Source: an uncultured Rhizobiaceae bacterium (lineage in GTDB: Bacteria; Pseudomonadota; Alphaproteobacteria; Rickettsiales; UBA1997). From it: a DNA stretch of 44,263 bases. The position numbers were made by a program, and so were the translations under genes. Each line of letters begins with the position of its first letter. The first letter of the stretch is position 1. The notes under the pieces were generated by a model, which saw only the letters and a program-made list of their open reading frames with translations, had not been told where the DNA came from and made no database searches. The stretch lies in NCBI GenBank assembly GCA_964622015.1, contig CAZUPN010000001.1, positions 20,746 to 65,008 on the forward strand. Reading direction: 5' to 3'. This document shows positions 1 to 9,408 of this stretch, in pieces.

Positions 1-2685
1 TCTGAGCCAATTATGAGCATCGCCTTAAGCGGAGATTTAGAGGAATCAAAAATTTATGATATTGCCGATAAATTCATTAAGCCAAGAATTGAGCAAGTTG
101 AAGATGTCGGGATGGTATCAATATCCGGCGGCAGAAGCAGACAAATTAATGTCACCCTTGATCAAAAATTACTAAAAGACCATGAACTTTCTCTTTCTTA
201 TGTTACATCTCAGCTTGGACTTTCTGGCAATAATACTCCAATTGGCAAAGTAGATCATCAAGATAAGGAAACTATTTTTCAAAATTATGGTGAATTTAAA
301 AATATCGATGACATCTCTAATGTAATTGTTAATTTTTACAATAATGAAGCCCCTACTAAAATTTCTGATCTTGGTAAGGTCAGTGATGGGCTGGCAGATG
401 AAAATAATAGAGCATATATTAATGGCCAAAAATCATTATTTTTAATAGTTTTTCGCCAACCCTCCTCAAATATTGTGGCAATTGCTAATAATTTAAGATC
501 GCAATTAGAAAAAATTAGCCCAGAATTAACCCAAATAAATGACAGTTTAAAAATAGAAATAATTCAAGATAATAGCGACCATATCAAAAAAAATATCAGC
601 GATGTTTATCTAACCATTACGATTTCACTAATTTTAACCATCATTACGGTATTTTTCTTCTTAGCAAATATCAGGGCCACGATCATTACTGCAATTTCAC
701 TGCCAATTTGCCTGATTGGAGCCTTTATCATTATTTATATCGCAGGATTTTCAATTAACGTCATCACGCTTTTAGCATTAAGCCTGGCGGTTGGATTATT
801 AATAGATGATGCCATTGTAGTTACTGAAAATATCTACCAAAAAATTGAAGCCGGCATCTATCCATTCAGCGCAGCAGCAATTGGCACCAAGGAAATATTG
901 ATGGCAGTAATTGCAATTACTTTAGTAGTAGTTTCGGTCTTTGTTCCGGTTGCTTTTATGAAAGGAATCGTTGGACAATTTTTAAGACAATTTGGCCTGA
1001 CTATTTGTTTTGCGGTTTTAATCAGCCTTTTTGTAGCGATAACAATTATTCCGGTATTATGTGCCTATTTTGCCAAAGAAGAAAAAGCTGACAAAACCAA
1101 TCTCTCAAAAATTGAAAAAATACTAGCCAAATTTAATAATTTTCAGAATTATTTATCACTAAAATATGAAAAGATTTTACTTTACTCAATCAAAAATCCC
1201 AAATTTATTATCCTTATTACCTTATCAATATTTATAATCTCGGCCGTTTCTTTTGTTTATATTCCAAAAAGCTTTACTGATCCAAGTGATGAGGGTGAAA
1301 TTAATATTAGCATCGAATTAGAGCCAGATGCCAATATTGAAAGAACCAGCACAGTAGCGATGCAAATGGATAAAATAATTCGAGCAAATTCAGAAGTTCA
1401 AAGAGTTGAAGTTACAATTGCCGGTGGCGATTTAGCAAAATCAAATCAAGCAAAAATTTATGTCAAACTTACGGATGCAAAAGAGAGGAAAATCTCAACC
1501 GCAGAATTTGAAACTAAACTTCGCTCACAAATCAAGGATTTTGCTTATGCTAATCCAATTATCGGCTCATATGATCAGCCCTTCAATATGACTTTAAGTT
1601 CCAATGATCAAGATGAGCTTGAAAAATATACCAATCTCTTAACTGCTAAATTAGAATCTAACCGCTATTTTAAAGATGTGGATTCAAATCTTAAAAAGGC
1701 CAGAAATGAATTTAGAACTGAGATTAAAGATAATCTGGCTAAAATTTACGGCGTTAATAGTCAAATAGTTGGCGATGAATTGAGAGGCTATGTTAGTGGT
1801 AACGTCGCCACTAAATTTCGCCAAAATGGTATAGAATATGATGTTTTGGTTACAGTTAAGCAAGAACAAAGAGACATCGCCAAAAATTTTCATAATATTT
1901 ATGTGCCAAATATCAATAAAAAATTAGTCAAACTTTCCGACATTGCAATTGCTTATGAAGCAAAAGAGCCGGCGGTAATTAATCGTCAAAATCGTAGCCG
2001 TTACATTAAAGTTACCGCTAATCTTGCCGATGGAATCGGGCTTTCTGATGCCATTGATACGGTTGAAAGAATCTTTAAATCTAAAGATTTAAAACTACCA
2101 TCAACTATCAAATATAAATTTGGTGGCAGTGCCCAAAACATGCAAGATATGTTTGATTCTTTACCGATGATTATTTTAGTGGCGGTAATATTTATCTATC
2201 TGATTCTAGCCAGCCTTTACGAATCTTTTATCATTCCGCTGACTATTTTATTATCAATACCAATGGCGTTATGTGGAGTATTTTTGACCTTGCTTATATT
2301 TCACAAATCTTTTAATCTTTTTGCGATTTTGGGATTATTTATGCTACTTGGCATCTCTTCTAAAAATTCGATTTTATTAGTTGATTTTGCCAATAATGCA
2401 ATCTTGCAAGGAAAATCAAGGACTGAAGCCTTAATTATGGCCGGCAGATCGCGCTTAAGGCCAATTTTAATGACTTCATTTGCTTTGATTTCCGGCACTA
2501 TTCCAGTAGCAATTGGCCTTGGTGAGTCAGCCTCCCAACGTACCTCAATGGGGGTAGCAATAATTGGCGGCATGATTTCTTCAACCATCCTGACTTTGGT
2601 GGTAGTGCCAGCAGTATTTAGCTATGTTGATCGCTTTAGAATATGGATTAAAACGCGATTGGCTTTCCTGGTTAATAGTAAATAA
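1..2685 (+). CDS. RND-family (AcrB/HAE1-like) inner-membrane efflux transporter, 5' end cut by window edge
   Basis: The frame is open from nt 1, with no stop before the first Met at 13. The 890+ aa show two multi-TM bundles separated by large soluble loops and AcrB-type motifs (LALSLAVGLLIDDAIVV; LLGISSKNSILLVDFAN). A full-length pump would have roughly 130-150 more N-terminal residues upstream. Confidence 0.9.
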   Translation, partial: SEPIMSIALSGDLEESKIYDIADKFIKPRIEQVEDVGMVSISGGRSRQINVTLDQKLLKDHELSLSYVTSQLGLSGNNTPIGKVDHQDKETIFQNYGEFKNIDDISNVIVNFYNNEAPTKISDLGKVSDGLADENNRAYINGQKSLFLIVFRQPSSNIVAIANNLRSQLEKISPELTQINDSLKIEIIQDNSDHIKKNISDVYLTITISLILTIITVFFFLANIRATIITAISLPICLIGAFIIIYIAGFSINVITLLALSLAVGLLIDDAIVVTENIYQKIEAGIYPFSAAAIGTKEILMAVIAITLVVVSVFVPVAFMKGIVGQFLRQFGLTICFAVLISLFVAITIIPVLCAYFAKEEKADKTNLSKIEKILAKFNNFQNYLSLKYEKILLYSIKNPKFIILITLSIFIISAVSFVYIPKSFTDPSDEGEINISIELEPDANIERTSTVAMQMDKIIRANSEVQRVEVTIAGGDLAKSNQAKIYVKLTDAKERKISTAEFETKLRSQIKDFAYANPIIGSYDQPFNMTLSSNDQDELEKYTNLLTAKLESNRYFKDVDSNLKKARNEFRTEIKDNLAKIYGVNSQIVGDELRGYVSGNVATKFRQNGIEYDVLVTVKQEQRDIAKNFHNIYVPNINKKLVKLSDIAIAYEAKEPAVINRQNRSRYIKVTANLADGIGLSDAIDTVERIFKSKDLKLPSTIKYKFGGSAQNMQDMFDSLPMIILVAVIFIYLILASLYESFIIPLTILLSIPMALCGVFLTLLIFHKSFNLFAILGLFMLLGISSKNSILLVDFANNAILQGKSRTEALIMAGRSRLRPILMTSFALISGTIPVAIGLGESASQRTSMGVAIIGGMISSTILTLVVVPAVFSYVDRFRIWIKTRLAFLVNSK

Positions 2686-2701
2686 TAAAAAGAGGTTAAT
2701 T

Positions 2702-3241
2702 ATGCCAAAAATTATTTCTTACAAAACTATCACTCCAATCATTGATTCTTCAGCCTTTATTGCCAGTAATGCGGTAATTTCTGGCGATACTGTAATTGGC
2801 AAAAATAGTAGCATCTGGTATGGATGCGTTATCAGGGGCGATGTCGCTAAAATCAGAATCGGCAATTATACCAACATTCAGGATAATAGTGTCATTCACG
2901 TCACTAGAGCCAATCATTTACAAAATAAAACTGGCGATGCTGGCGGGCCGGTAATTATTGGCGATAATGTCACTATCGGTCATCATGCTATAATTCACGC
3001 TTGCATCATCGAAGATAATGCCTTTATTGGTATGGGCGCCATTATTATGGATTTAGCAAGAATTGAGTCTTTTGCTTTAGTTGCAGCCGGCGCAGTGATA
3101 ACCCCAGGCAAAATTGTTAAATCTGGACAAATTTGGGGTGGCAATCCGGCTAAATATTTACGCGATTTAACCAAAGAAGAAAAAGATTATATTTTGGTTT
3201 CCGCCAAGAATTATGCTGAATTAGCTGATGAATATAAATAA
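2702..3241 (+). CDS. gamma-class carbonic anhydrase-like / hexapeptide-repeat (LbH) protein
   Basis: SIWYGCVIRGD and repeated [LIV]G-x4 hexapeptide pattern. The ATG at 2702 is preceded by AAGAGG. The listed start at 2624 lies inside the RND gene and is unlikely. Confidence 0.85.
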   Translation: MPKIISYKTITPIIDSSAFIASNAVISGDTVIGKNSSIWYGCVIRGDVAKIRIGNYTNIQDNSVIHVTRANHLQNKTGDAGGPVIIGDNVTIGHHAIIHACIIEDNAFIGMGAIIMDLARIESFALVAAGAVITPGKIVKSGQIWGGNPAKYLRDLTKEEKDYILVSAKNYAELADEYK

Positions 3242-4070
3242 CAAATCTTCAAATTTTTTTAAGCAAAATGACATTGCTAAAATAGCTGCAATTGCTTTTG
3301 AAGCTGGAGAAATTGCCGCCAAAAGCTTTAAAATGCGCGATTTTACAGTTTCAAGAAAAAATGATAATTCCGAAGTAACCTCAACTGATATCAAAATCAG
3401 CCAATTTTTAAATAAAAATTTAAGCCTGGAATTTCCAAAAATCCCAATTATTTGCGAAGAATCTCAAATCCGAAAAATTGATAATGATGTTTTTTGGCTA
3501 ATTGACCCAATTGACGGTACTAGTAGTTTTATTAAAGGCGTCGACCAATTTTGTGTTAATATTGCACTAATCAAAAATCGGCAGGCAGTTTTTGGTCTAA
3601 TTTACGCGCCACTTTTTGAAGGCTCAAAAATGGCCTATACCGATCAAGAATCAAAAATTGTGCTGATTAAAAATCAGCAAAAATATTTTTTAACAGTAGA
3701 TAAAATTAAACAAGAACAGGAAGCTAAAAAACTAAAAATAGTAACCAGCAACAGAACTACCAATCAAGATATTGCCACTTATTTAAAGCAGGATTATCAA
3801 AATATAAATGATAATTATGAGATTGAAAAATTATCCTCAGCAATAAAATTTTTTAGAATTTTAGAAAATGATTGCCATTTATATATTCATTTTAAAAAAA
3901 CCATGGAATGGGATACTGCGGCTGGACAAGCCTTAATTGAGGCAATAGCTGGCAAAGTAAAAAATTTCTTTTTTAATGATACAAAAAGCATAATTGGCGA
4001 AGATTTAACTTATCAAAAACCGGATTTTGCTAATCAGCCCTTTATTGTCTATAACCAGTTTAAAAAATGA
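3228..4070 (+). CDS. cysQ: inositol monophosphatase-family phosphatase, CysQ-like 3'(2'),5'-bisphosphate nucleotidase
   Basis: WLIDPIDGTSSF and WDTAAGQALIEA motifs of the IMPase/CysQ/SuhB superfamily. Overlaps the upstream gene by 14 nt. Confidence 0.75.
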   Translation: MNINNKSSNFFKQNDIAKIAAIAFEAGEIAAKSFKMRDFTVSRKNDNSEVTSTDIKISQFLNKNLSLEFPKIPIICEESQIRKIDNDVFWLIDPIDGTSSFIKGVDQFCVNIALIKNRQAVFGLIYAPLFEGSKMAYTDQESKIVLIKNQQKYFLTVDKIKQEQEAKKLKIVTSNRTTNQDIATYLKQDYQNINDNYEIEKLSSAIKFFRILENDCHLYIHFKKTMEWDTAAGQALIEAIAGKVKNFFFNDTKSIIGEDLTYQKPDFANQPFIVYNQFKK

Positions 4071-4417
4071 TTATCAAAGTTAAAAATCTTAAAGTTACTA
4101 CCATAATTGGTATCTATGAATGGGAAAAAACCTTCAATCGTGAGCTAATAATTAATCTTAAAATTACTACCGACTCTAATCAATCACTAATCAATGATAA
4201 TATCAAAAGCACCATTGATTATGAAGAAATCGTCAAGCAAATAAGACAAATAGTAGCTAGAAGCAAAGCGCAATTAATAGAAAAATTAGCTGAAGAAATA
4301 ATTTCAGCAATTATGACTGATAAGAGAGTAAAAAAATGCCAATTAGAAGTCGATAAATTAAAGCCACTAGCCGATATCGAATCTTTTTCAGTAACCCTAA
4401 ATAGAAAAAGAACATGA
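4067..4417 (+). CDS. folB: dihydroneopterin aldolase
   Basis: 116 aa. The N-terminal pattern (KNLKVTTIIGIYEWEKTFNRELIINLKI) and the size are typical of FolB. ATGA overlap with cysQ. Confidence 0.8.
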   Translation: MIIKVKNLKVTTIIGIYEWEKTFNRELIINLKITTDSNQSLINDNIKSTIDYEEIVKQIRQIVARSKAQLIEKLAEEIISAIMTDKRVKKCQLEVDKLKPLADIESFSVTLNRKRT

Positions 4418-4992
4418 TCTTGCTAATCGATAATTATGACAGCTTCACCTATAATTTACATCATTACCTCATTGAGGCTGCTACTAATCCTAGGGATAAA
4501 AAAATTCTGATTAAAAGAAATGATCAAATCTCAATTGATGAAATAAAAAAACTAAATCCCAGAGCGATCATTTTATCTCCCGGACCATGCAATCCCGACA
4601 AAGCCGGAATATGCCTTGAAGCAATTAATAATTTTAAAGGAATTTACCCAATATTTGGCGTCTGTTTAGGCCATCAGGCAATTGGCCAGGCCTTTGGCGC
4701 CAAAATTATCAAAACTACCCCTATGCATGGCAAAATCAGTCTAATTTATCATCGTCAGAGCAGCCTATTTCAAAACCTCCCCTCTCCCTTCAAAGCAACC
4801 CGCTACCATTCCCTAATCATCAAAAAAGCAAACTGCCCAGAAGATTTAGAGATCACTGCAACTACCGAAGATGGAACCATCATGGCCATCGAACATCAAA
4901 AATACAAAATCTTTAGCGTCCAATTCCACCCCGAATCAATTGCCTCAGAATATGGACATAAAATCATTAAGAATTTTCTGGATAAGATATAG
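4414..4992 (+). CDS. pabA: class-I glutamine amidotransferase, aminodeoxychorismate/anthranilate synthase component II
   Basis: MILLIDNYDSFTYNL, GVCLGHQAIG (catalytic Cys) and FHPES motifs of TrpG/PabA. PabA is preferred because of translational coupling (ATGA) to folB. Confidence 0.8.
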   Translation: MILLIDNYDSFTYNLHHYLIEAATNPRDKKILIKRNDQISIDEIKKLNPRAIILSPGPCNPDKAGICLEAINNFKGIYPIFGVCLGHQAIGQAFGAKIIKTTPMHGKISLIYHRQSSLFQNLPSPFKATRYHSLIIKKANCPEDLEITATTEDGTIMAIEHQKYKIFSVQFHPESIASEYGHKIIKNFLDKI

Positions 4993-5054
4993 CAAAAAGG
5001 TTTGAATCAATTATAAAAAACAAAGGATGTTAAAAAAATGACATGAATGTAGTA

Positions 5055-5074
5055 AATGGGTCAATAGACCCATT
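5055..5074. repeat. short hairpin repeat copy between convergent pabA and pal
   Basis: AATGGGTC-AATA-GACCCATT followed by CCCGCA. It has the same core as the copies at 20975 and 26455. Confidence 0.65.
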
Positions 5075-5096
5075 CCCGCAACCAGGTTAAATCAAA

Positions 5097-5624
5097 TTAC
5101 TGCTCAACAACCGTAACTGAACGACGATTTTTTGCCCAGATTTCTTCACCAGAGCCAACAAAAGCAGGACGCTCTTTGCCGTAGCTGATAGTTTTGATTC
5201 GCGATGAATCAATGCCATTACTGACCAAATAATCTTTAACTGCATTGGCCCTTCTTTCACCAAGCCCGATATTATATTCTCTGGTTCCCCTTTCATCACA
5301 ATGTCCTTCAACCATTACTTTAATTGAGGGATCGCTTTTTAGCCAAGAAACTTGATTATCAAGAATTTTTCTTCCCTCACTACTAACACTACTAGAATCA
5401 AGTTCAAAAAACACCCGGTCTTGAACTTCCACTTCCTCAATTTGTGCCTGAGTCTGTTTATTTAACTCGTCAGCAGCATTAGCACTATCAAGCGTCTGGT
5501 AATTTTCCTGACTATCCTTGGCATGATCTTCAATTGTAAAACTACTATCGGTAGGTTTTTTATTCTTAGAAGAACAAGCTGTAATTGAGAAAATAGCAAC
5601 CAAAATAAGTAATTTCTTTAGCAT
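5097..5624 (-). CDS. pal: peptidoglycan-associated lipoprotein (OmpA-like domain)
   Basis: Lipobox SITAC. C-terminal OmpA-like domain (EGHCDERGTREYNIGLGERRA). Confidence 0.9.
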   Translation of the reverse strand: MLKKLLILVAIFSITACSSKNKKPTDSSFTIEDHAKDSQENYQTLDSANAADELNKQTQAQIEEVEVQDRVFFELDSSSVSSEGRKILDNQVSWLKSDPSIKVMVEGHCDERGTREYNIGLGERRANAVKDYLVSNGIDSSRIKTISYGKERPAFVGSGEEIWAKNRRSVTVVEQ

Positions 5625-5716
5625 ATTGAATCTGTTTTAATTTGTTTAAAGCAAAGAGCCTAAGCCTTAAAAGAATTTAAGCGTTAGATAAATTAATGTC
5701 AATAGTTGCGATTTAT

Positions 5717-5739
5717 AAAAAGGTACCAGGTACCTTTTT
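5717..5739 (-). terminator. intrinsic terminator hairpin downstream of metQ
   Basis: Perfect palindrome AAAAAGGTACC-A-GGTACCTTTTT, giving a 10-bp stem and 3-nt loop with A/T runs on both sides. It lies 43 nt after the metQ stop on the minus strand. Confidence 0.65.
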
Positions 5740-5781
5740 AAAAATCTTTTCCCGGATTGCCCCGTTGCTTACCGCAACCAT

Positions 5782-6603
5782 TTAAAAAGCGGCAATAATT
5801 GCGCCATGATAATGCTCTTTGATGTAATTTTTTATTGCATCTGAATGTATTGTTTTTAGTAATTTTTGTATTTTATCGCTTTTCAAATCGCTTGGCCTTA
5901 CTGCAATTATATTGGCGTAAGGATTGTTTTTTGATTGTTCCAGGATAATTGCATCTTGTAGCGGGCTCATTTTGGCAGCAAGGGCGAAATTTGAGTTAAT
6001 TACCGCCAAATCAAGCTGTTTGGCATCCAGCATTCTAGGTAATATTGAGGCATCTAATTCGGTAATCTTTAGATTATGAGGATTAGCAATAATATCACGT
6101 TTAGTTGGATATTTTACTTCTTTTTTTAGCGTTAAAAATCCATTTTCTGCCAGTAAATTTAGCGCCCTGCCCTCATTGGTTGGGTCATTTGGAACGCCGA
6201 TTTTTAAATCATTTGGTAATGATTTTTTGATATTTTTTATCCAAAGCGGCTTTTGATTGCCAATCATATAAACCCCCATCGGCTCCAAATGTACAGCACC
6301 CAAAACCACCAAATCAGTTTTATGATCCTGATTAAAACTAGTTAAATAAGGTAAATGCTGAAAATAATTAGCATCAACTCGATTTTGAGCAACCGCTAAA
6401 TTGGGCTGAACATAATCACTAAATTCTTTAATTTCTAAATCAATCCCCTCTTTAGCTAAAATCGGCTTTAATTGCTGCAAAATTTCAGCGTGAGGAGTGG
6501 GGCTTGCAGCAATAATTAGAGTTTGGTTGGCAAAGCAATTTTTAAAAATCAGCAGAGTTGCAACCACAATGATCAAAGCAAATATTTTTTTATTTAATAA
6601 CAT
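5782..6603 (-). CDS. metQ: methionine ABC transporter substrate-binding protein (NlpA/MetQ family)
   Basis: 273 aa with an N-terminal signal sequence. MetQ-family pattern (YFQHLPYL, PNDPTNEGRAL). Last gene of a metN-metI-metQ string. Confidence 0.85.
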   Translation of the reverse strand: MLLNKKIFALIIVVATLLIFKNCFANQTLIIAASPTPHAEILQQLKPILAKEGIDLEIKEFSDYVQPNLAVAQNRVDANYFQHLPYLTSFNQDHKTDLVVLGAVHLEPMGVYMIGNQKPLWIKNIKKSLPNDLKIGVPNDPTNEGRALNLLAENGFLTLKKEVKYPTKRDIIANPHNLKITELDASILPRMLDAKQLDLAVINSNFALAAKMSPLQDAIILEQSKNNPYANIIAVRPSDLKSDKIQKLLKTIHSDAIKNYIKEHYHGAIIAAF

Positions 6604-6622
6604 AGATCTTCCTTTAAAAAAA

Positions 6623-7291
6623 TTATTTATGATTTAGGCGATGAAATATTTTATCGCCTAAAAATTGAATTAATTGCACGATAATTATCATTAAAATAAC
6701 GGTGATCGTCATTACTTTCAAATCAAATCTTTGATAGCCATAACGTATTGCAAGATCACCTAAACCGCCGGCTCCAACCGCTCCAGCCATTGCGCTATAT
6801 GAAACTAAGGCAATTGCAGTAACGGTGATGGTGGCGATAATATTTGGCAATATTTCTGGTAGCAAAATATGATAAATTATTTGCCAATTACTGGCGCCAA
6901 AGGATTTGGCCATTTTGATTATATTGCCACTGATTTCTTTTAGAGAATTTTCAATTAGGCGGGCAAAGAATGGGAAGGCGCCAAATATTAATGGCAGTAT
7001 TACCCCTTTAACCCCTAGGGAAGTTCCAACTAAATGCGAAGTTATTGGAATCATCAACACCAGTAAAATAATAAAGGGAATTGAGCGTAAAATATTAATT
7101 ATTAGCGATAATATAAAATAGATTAATTTATTTGCTAACAGGCCATTTTTGGCGGTTAGATAAAGTAAAATGCCTAAAGGAATGCCAATCAAACTTGCAA
7201 ATAAAGTTGAGCAGCCAAGCATGATTAAACTATCTAATATTGCCTGATAAATTTCAGCGATATCAATGCCGCTAAGCAAATTATTAATCAT
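6623..7291 (-). CDS. metI: methionine ABC transporter permease
   Basis: 222 aa with about 5 TM segments and an EAA-type loop (AKSFGASNWQIIYHILLPE). Confidence 0.9.
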   Translation of the reverse strand: MINNLLSGIDIAEIYQAILDSLIMLGCSTLFASLIGIPLGILLYLTAKNGLLANKLIYFILSLIINILRSIPFIILLVLMIPITSHLVGTSLGVKGVILPLIFGAFPFFARLIENSLKEISGNIIKMAKSFGASNWQIIYHILLPEILPNIIATITVTAIALVSYSAMAGAVGAGGLGDLAIRYGYQRFDLKVMTITVILMIIIVQLIQFLGDKIFHRLNHK

Positions 7292-8316
7292 TTTATTACC
7301 TCAAAATTAACCTTAAATTCTTTTAAAATCATAAAAGCTTTGCTCAAACTTTCCTGATTACCGCTAATCTCAATTAATAACTGTCCAAATGGCATTTTTT
7401 TAATTCGATCAAGCGAGCCGCGTAAAATACTAAAATTAGCCATCGATTCTTTAGAAACGCGGTCCAAAATTGGCTCAAAAGCGTTATTGCCGACAAAAGA
7501 TAGTAAAATTAAATTATTATTATCATGTTTGTTAAATTTATAAAAGGCTTCGATTTGCTTTAAATAATTTTCGGTTTCTTCTTCAAGCACTAATTTGCGG
7601 GTTAGGATATTTTTTGGATGAAGCAAAATGTCAAAAGCCTGACCTTGCTCAATAATCTTACCATTATCAAGCACCGCAACCCGGTCACAAATTTTACGAA
7701 CTACTTCAATTTCATGAGTAATTAGTAAAATAGTCAGACCTAATTTTTGATTGATATTTAGCAGCAAATCTAAAATGGCATTGGTGGTTTGAGGGTCAAG
7801 TGATGAAGTTGCTTCATCACTTAATAATATTTTAGGATCAGTTGCTAAAGCCCTTGCGATACCAACGCGCTGTTTTTGACCTCCTGACAGACGAGCGGGA
7901 TATTTATTTGCGTAATCTTCTAACTCAACTAATTTGAGTAAATTTTTAACTTTTTTGGCAATTTCTGATTTGCGATAATTTTTTTGCAAAATCAAGGGTA
8001 AAGCGATATTTTCAAAAACTGTTTTGGAATTAAGCAAATTAAAGTTTTGAAATATTACTCCGATTTTTTGCCTTAAAACCCGCAATTTTTTTGAATCAAG
8101 CTCGGCTAAATCTACACCATCAATAATTATTTTACCCTGATTAGGCTTAGTTAAAAAATTAACGCATTCTAATAAGGTTGATTTACCAGCACCAGAGCGA
8201 CCAATAATACCAAATATTTCCCCTTTTTTTACCGATAAATTAATGTCATCAAGAATGGTTAGGTCCTTACCTTGATTTTTATAAATTTTATAAAGCGATT
8301 CAATTTTAATCATCAA
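7288..8316 (-). CDS. metN: methionine ABC transporter ATP-binding protein with C-terminal NIL domain
   Basis: Walker A GRSGAGKST, signature LSGGQKQR, Walker B LLSDEATS. The ~100-aa C-terminal extension is typical of MetN. Confidence 0.9.
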   Translation of the reverse strand: MMIKIESLYKIYKNQGKDLTILDDINLSVKKGEIFGIIGRSGAGKSTLLECVNFLTKPNQGKIIIDGVDLAELDSKKLRVLRQKIGVIFQNFNLLNSKTVFENIALPLILQKNYRKSEIAKKVKNLLKLVELEDYANKYPARLSGGQKQRVGIARALATDPKILLSDEATSSLDPQTTNAILDLLLNINQKLGLTILLITHEIEVVRKICDRVAVLDNGKIIEQGQAFDILLHPKNILTRKLVLEEETENYLKQIEAFYKFNKHDNNNLILLSFVGNNAFEPILDRVSKESMANFSILRGSLDRIKKMPFGQLLIEISGNQESLSKAFMILKEFKVNFEVIK

Positions 8317-8318
8317 AT

Positions 8319-8816
8319 TTAGCGATTAAATAATATTTGATCTCCAGCCTTAATGCCGAATTTTTCGGCAATCCCGCCATTAATTTCAAGCGCCATTATT
8401 GCTGGCGCTGTAGAATTGATATTTTTCAGAGAGTAAGGCCTGGTATTGGCTGCAATATTGATGATATGATTATTCTTATCAATAAAAATCATATCTAAAG
8501 GAATTCTGGTATTTTTCATCCACATATTGATTATTTGCTCTTGCTTAAAATCAAAAAGCATACCGTAATTTGACGGTAAATAATCAAGATTCATCAGCCC
8601 ATATCTAGCCTTATATTGATTATTGGCAATTTGAACCTTAAATTCCGCCAGTTTTTCTTGACTGTCATTTAAAATTTGCAAGTTAATATTATAATTCTTA
8701 AAATCCCGATTAAAATCGGCCGGATTAGGAGATTGAATAAATATTGAGGCTAATATCAAGCCACCAATAATTAAAAATAGCAAAGCGCTAAGATTTTTTT
8801 TGCTAGCAGCTTTCAT
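8319..8816 (-). CDS. DUF192-family periplasmic protein
   Basis: Signal anchor plus a MWMKNTRIPLDMIFID core typical of DUF192. Lies 2 nt upstream of metN. Confidence 0.75.
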   Translation of the reverse strand: MKAASKKNLSALLFLIIGGLILASIFIQSPNPADFNRDFKNYNINLQILNDSQEKLAEFKVQIANNQYKARYGLMNLDYLPSNYGMLFDFKQEQIINMWMKNTRIPLDMIFIDKNNHIINIAANTRPYSLKNINSTAPAIMALEINGGIAEKFGIKAGDQILFNR

Positions 8817-8854
8817 AAGATGTTCTTTTGAAATATATTAATACTAATTTATTT

Positions 8855-9391
8855 ATGAATTTTAGCTTATTTCACCGGCTTTTTTTGATCATATTGGTAA
8901 GCGGCTGCTTATCTTTTAAAGCAAATGCCAGCACCTTAACTAACCATCAAAAGACTCAAAAACAAGAAATCCCAACTAAAGTAAGGTCAAATATCATCGA
9001 CATCAAGAAAAATTTGCAGCTAATTAATTTTATCGGTAACGCGGTTATTGAAAAGGGTCAAGATAGCGTTCTAGCTGATAAAATGACGTTATTTTATTTG
9101 GACGATAAATCTGATAATCAAAAAAACCAATCAAAGATTAAAAAAATTGAAGCTAGCGATAATGTTAAACTTTTTAGCGACGATTATGTGGCAACTTCTG
9201 ATAATGGATATTATGATCCTAGTCAAAATTCGATAATTTTAAAAAATAATGTAGTGGTTAATAATGGCGCTTCAATTGCCAAGGGTGATAAATTTATTTA
9301 TAATTTTAAAACCAAAAAAGGTAGTTTTATTGGACAAAAAGAAGATAAAAGAGCGATAGTAATAATCAGCAATGACAAATCTCTAAAATAA
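8855..9391 (+). CDS. lptA: LPS export periplasmic protein LptA (OstA N-terminal-like)
   Basis: Signal peptide, beta-rich OstA-like repeats ([25 protein letters not shown]), and position directly upstream of lptB. The ATG at 8855 is preferred; an in-frame TTG at 8828 is possible. Confidence 0.65.
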   Translation: MNFSLFHRLFLIILVSGCLSFKANASTLTNHQKTQKQEIPTKVRSNIIDIKKNLQLINFIGNAVIEKGQDSVLADKMTLFYLDDKSDNQKNQSKIKKIEASDNVKLFSDDYVATSDNGYYDPSQNSIILKNNVVVNNGASIAKGDKFIYNFKTKKGSFIGQKEDKRAIVIISNDKSLK

Positions 9392-9408
9392 ATAATTTAC
9401 AAGCAATT

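Noticed and set aside
2624-2701. The upstream ATG listed as the start of the gamma-CA-like gene, and likewise 36863 for ybgC.
   Set aside because: Both extensions lie inside the preceding gene and add non-conserved, basic or hydrophobic junk residues. Internal ATGs at 2702 (with AAGAGG upstream) and 36926 give proteins of canonical length that begin at the conserved N-terminal motifs.
5055-5074. The hairpin between convergent pabA and pal as a bidirectional intrinsic terminator.
   Set aside because: The 8-bp stem is not followed by a U-tract on either strand, and the same sequence recurs elsewhere. It is therefore reported as a repeat-family member rather than a terminator. A terminating or RNA-stabilising role remains possible.
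5087-5311. A 74-aa minus-strand ORF overlapping pal in another frame.
   Set aside because: It is fully contained in the pal coding region or extends just past its stop. pal has clear lipobox and OmpA-domain evidence, and the alternative frame has none.
8828-8854. TTG start codons used by the ORF track for lptA (8828) and for the LRR protein (43794).
   Set aside because: In-frame ATGs 9 codons downstream (8855 and 43767) are more conventional. The TTG starts cannot be excluded, so they are noted in the feature evidence rather than adopted.
8817-8854. A possible SAM-responsive riboswitch in front of the methionine transporter genes.
   Set aside because: metN is preceded directly (2-nt gap) by the DUF192 gene, and the spacer upstream of that is at most 38 nt. 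That is too short for any known SAM riboswitch class.
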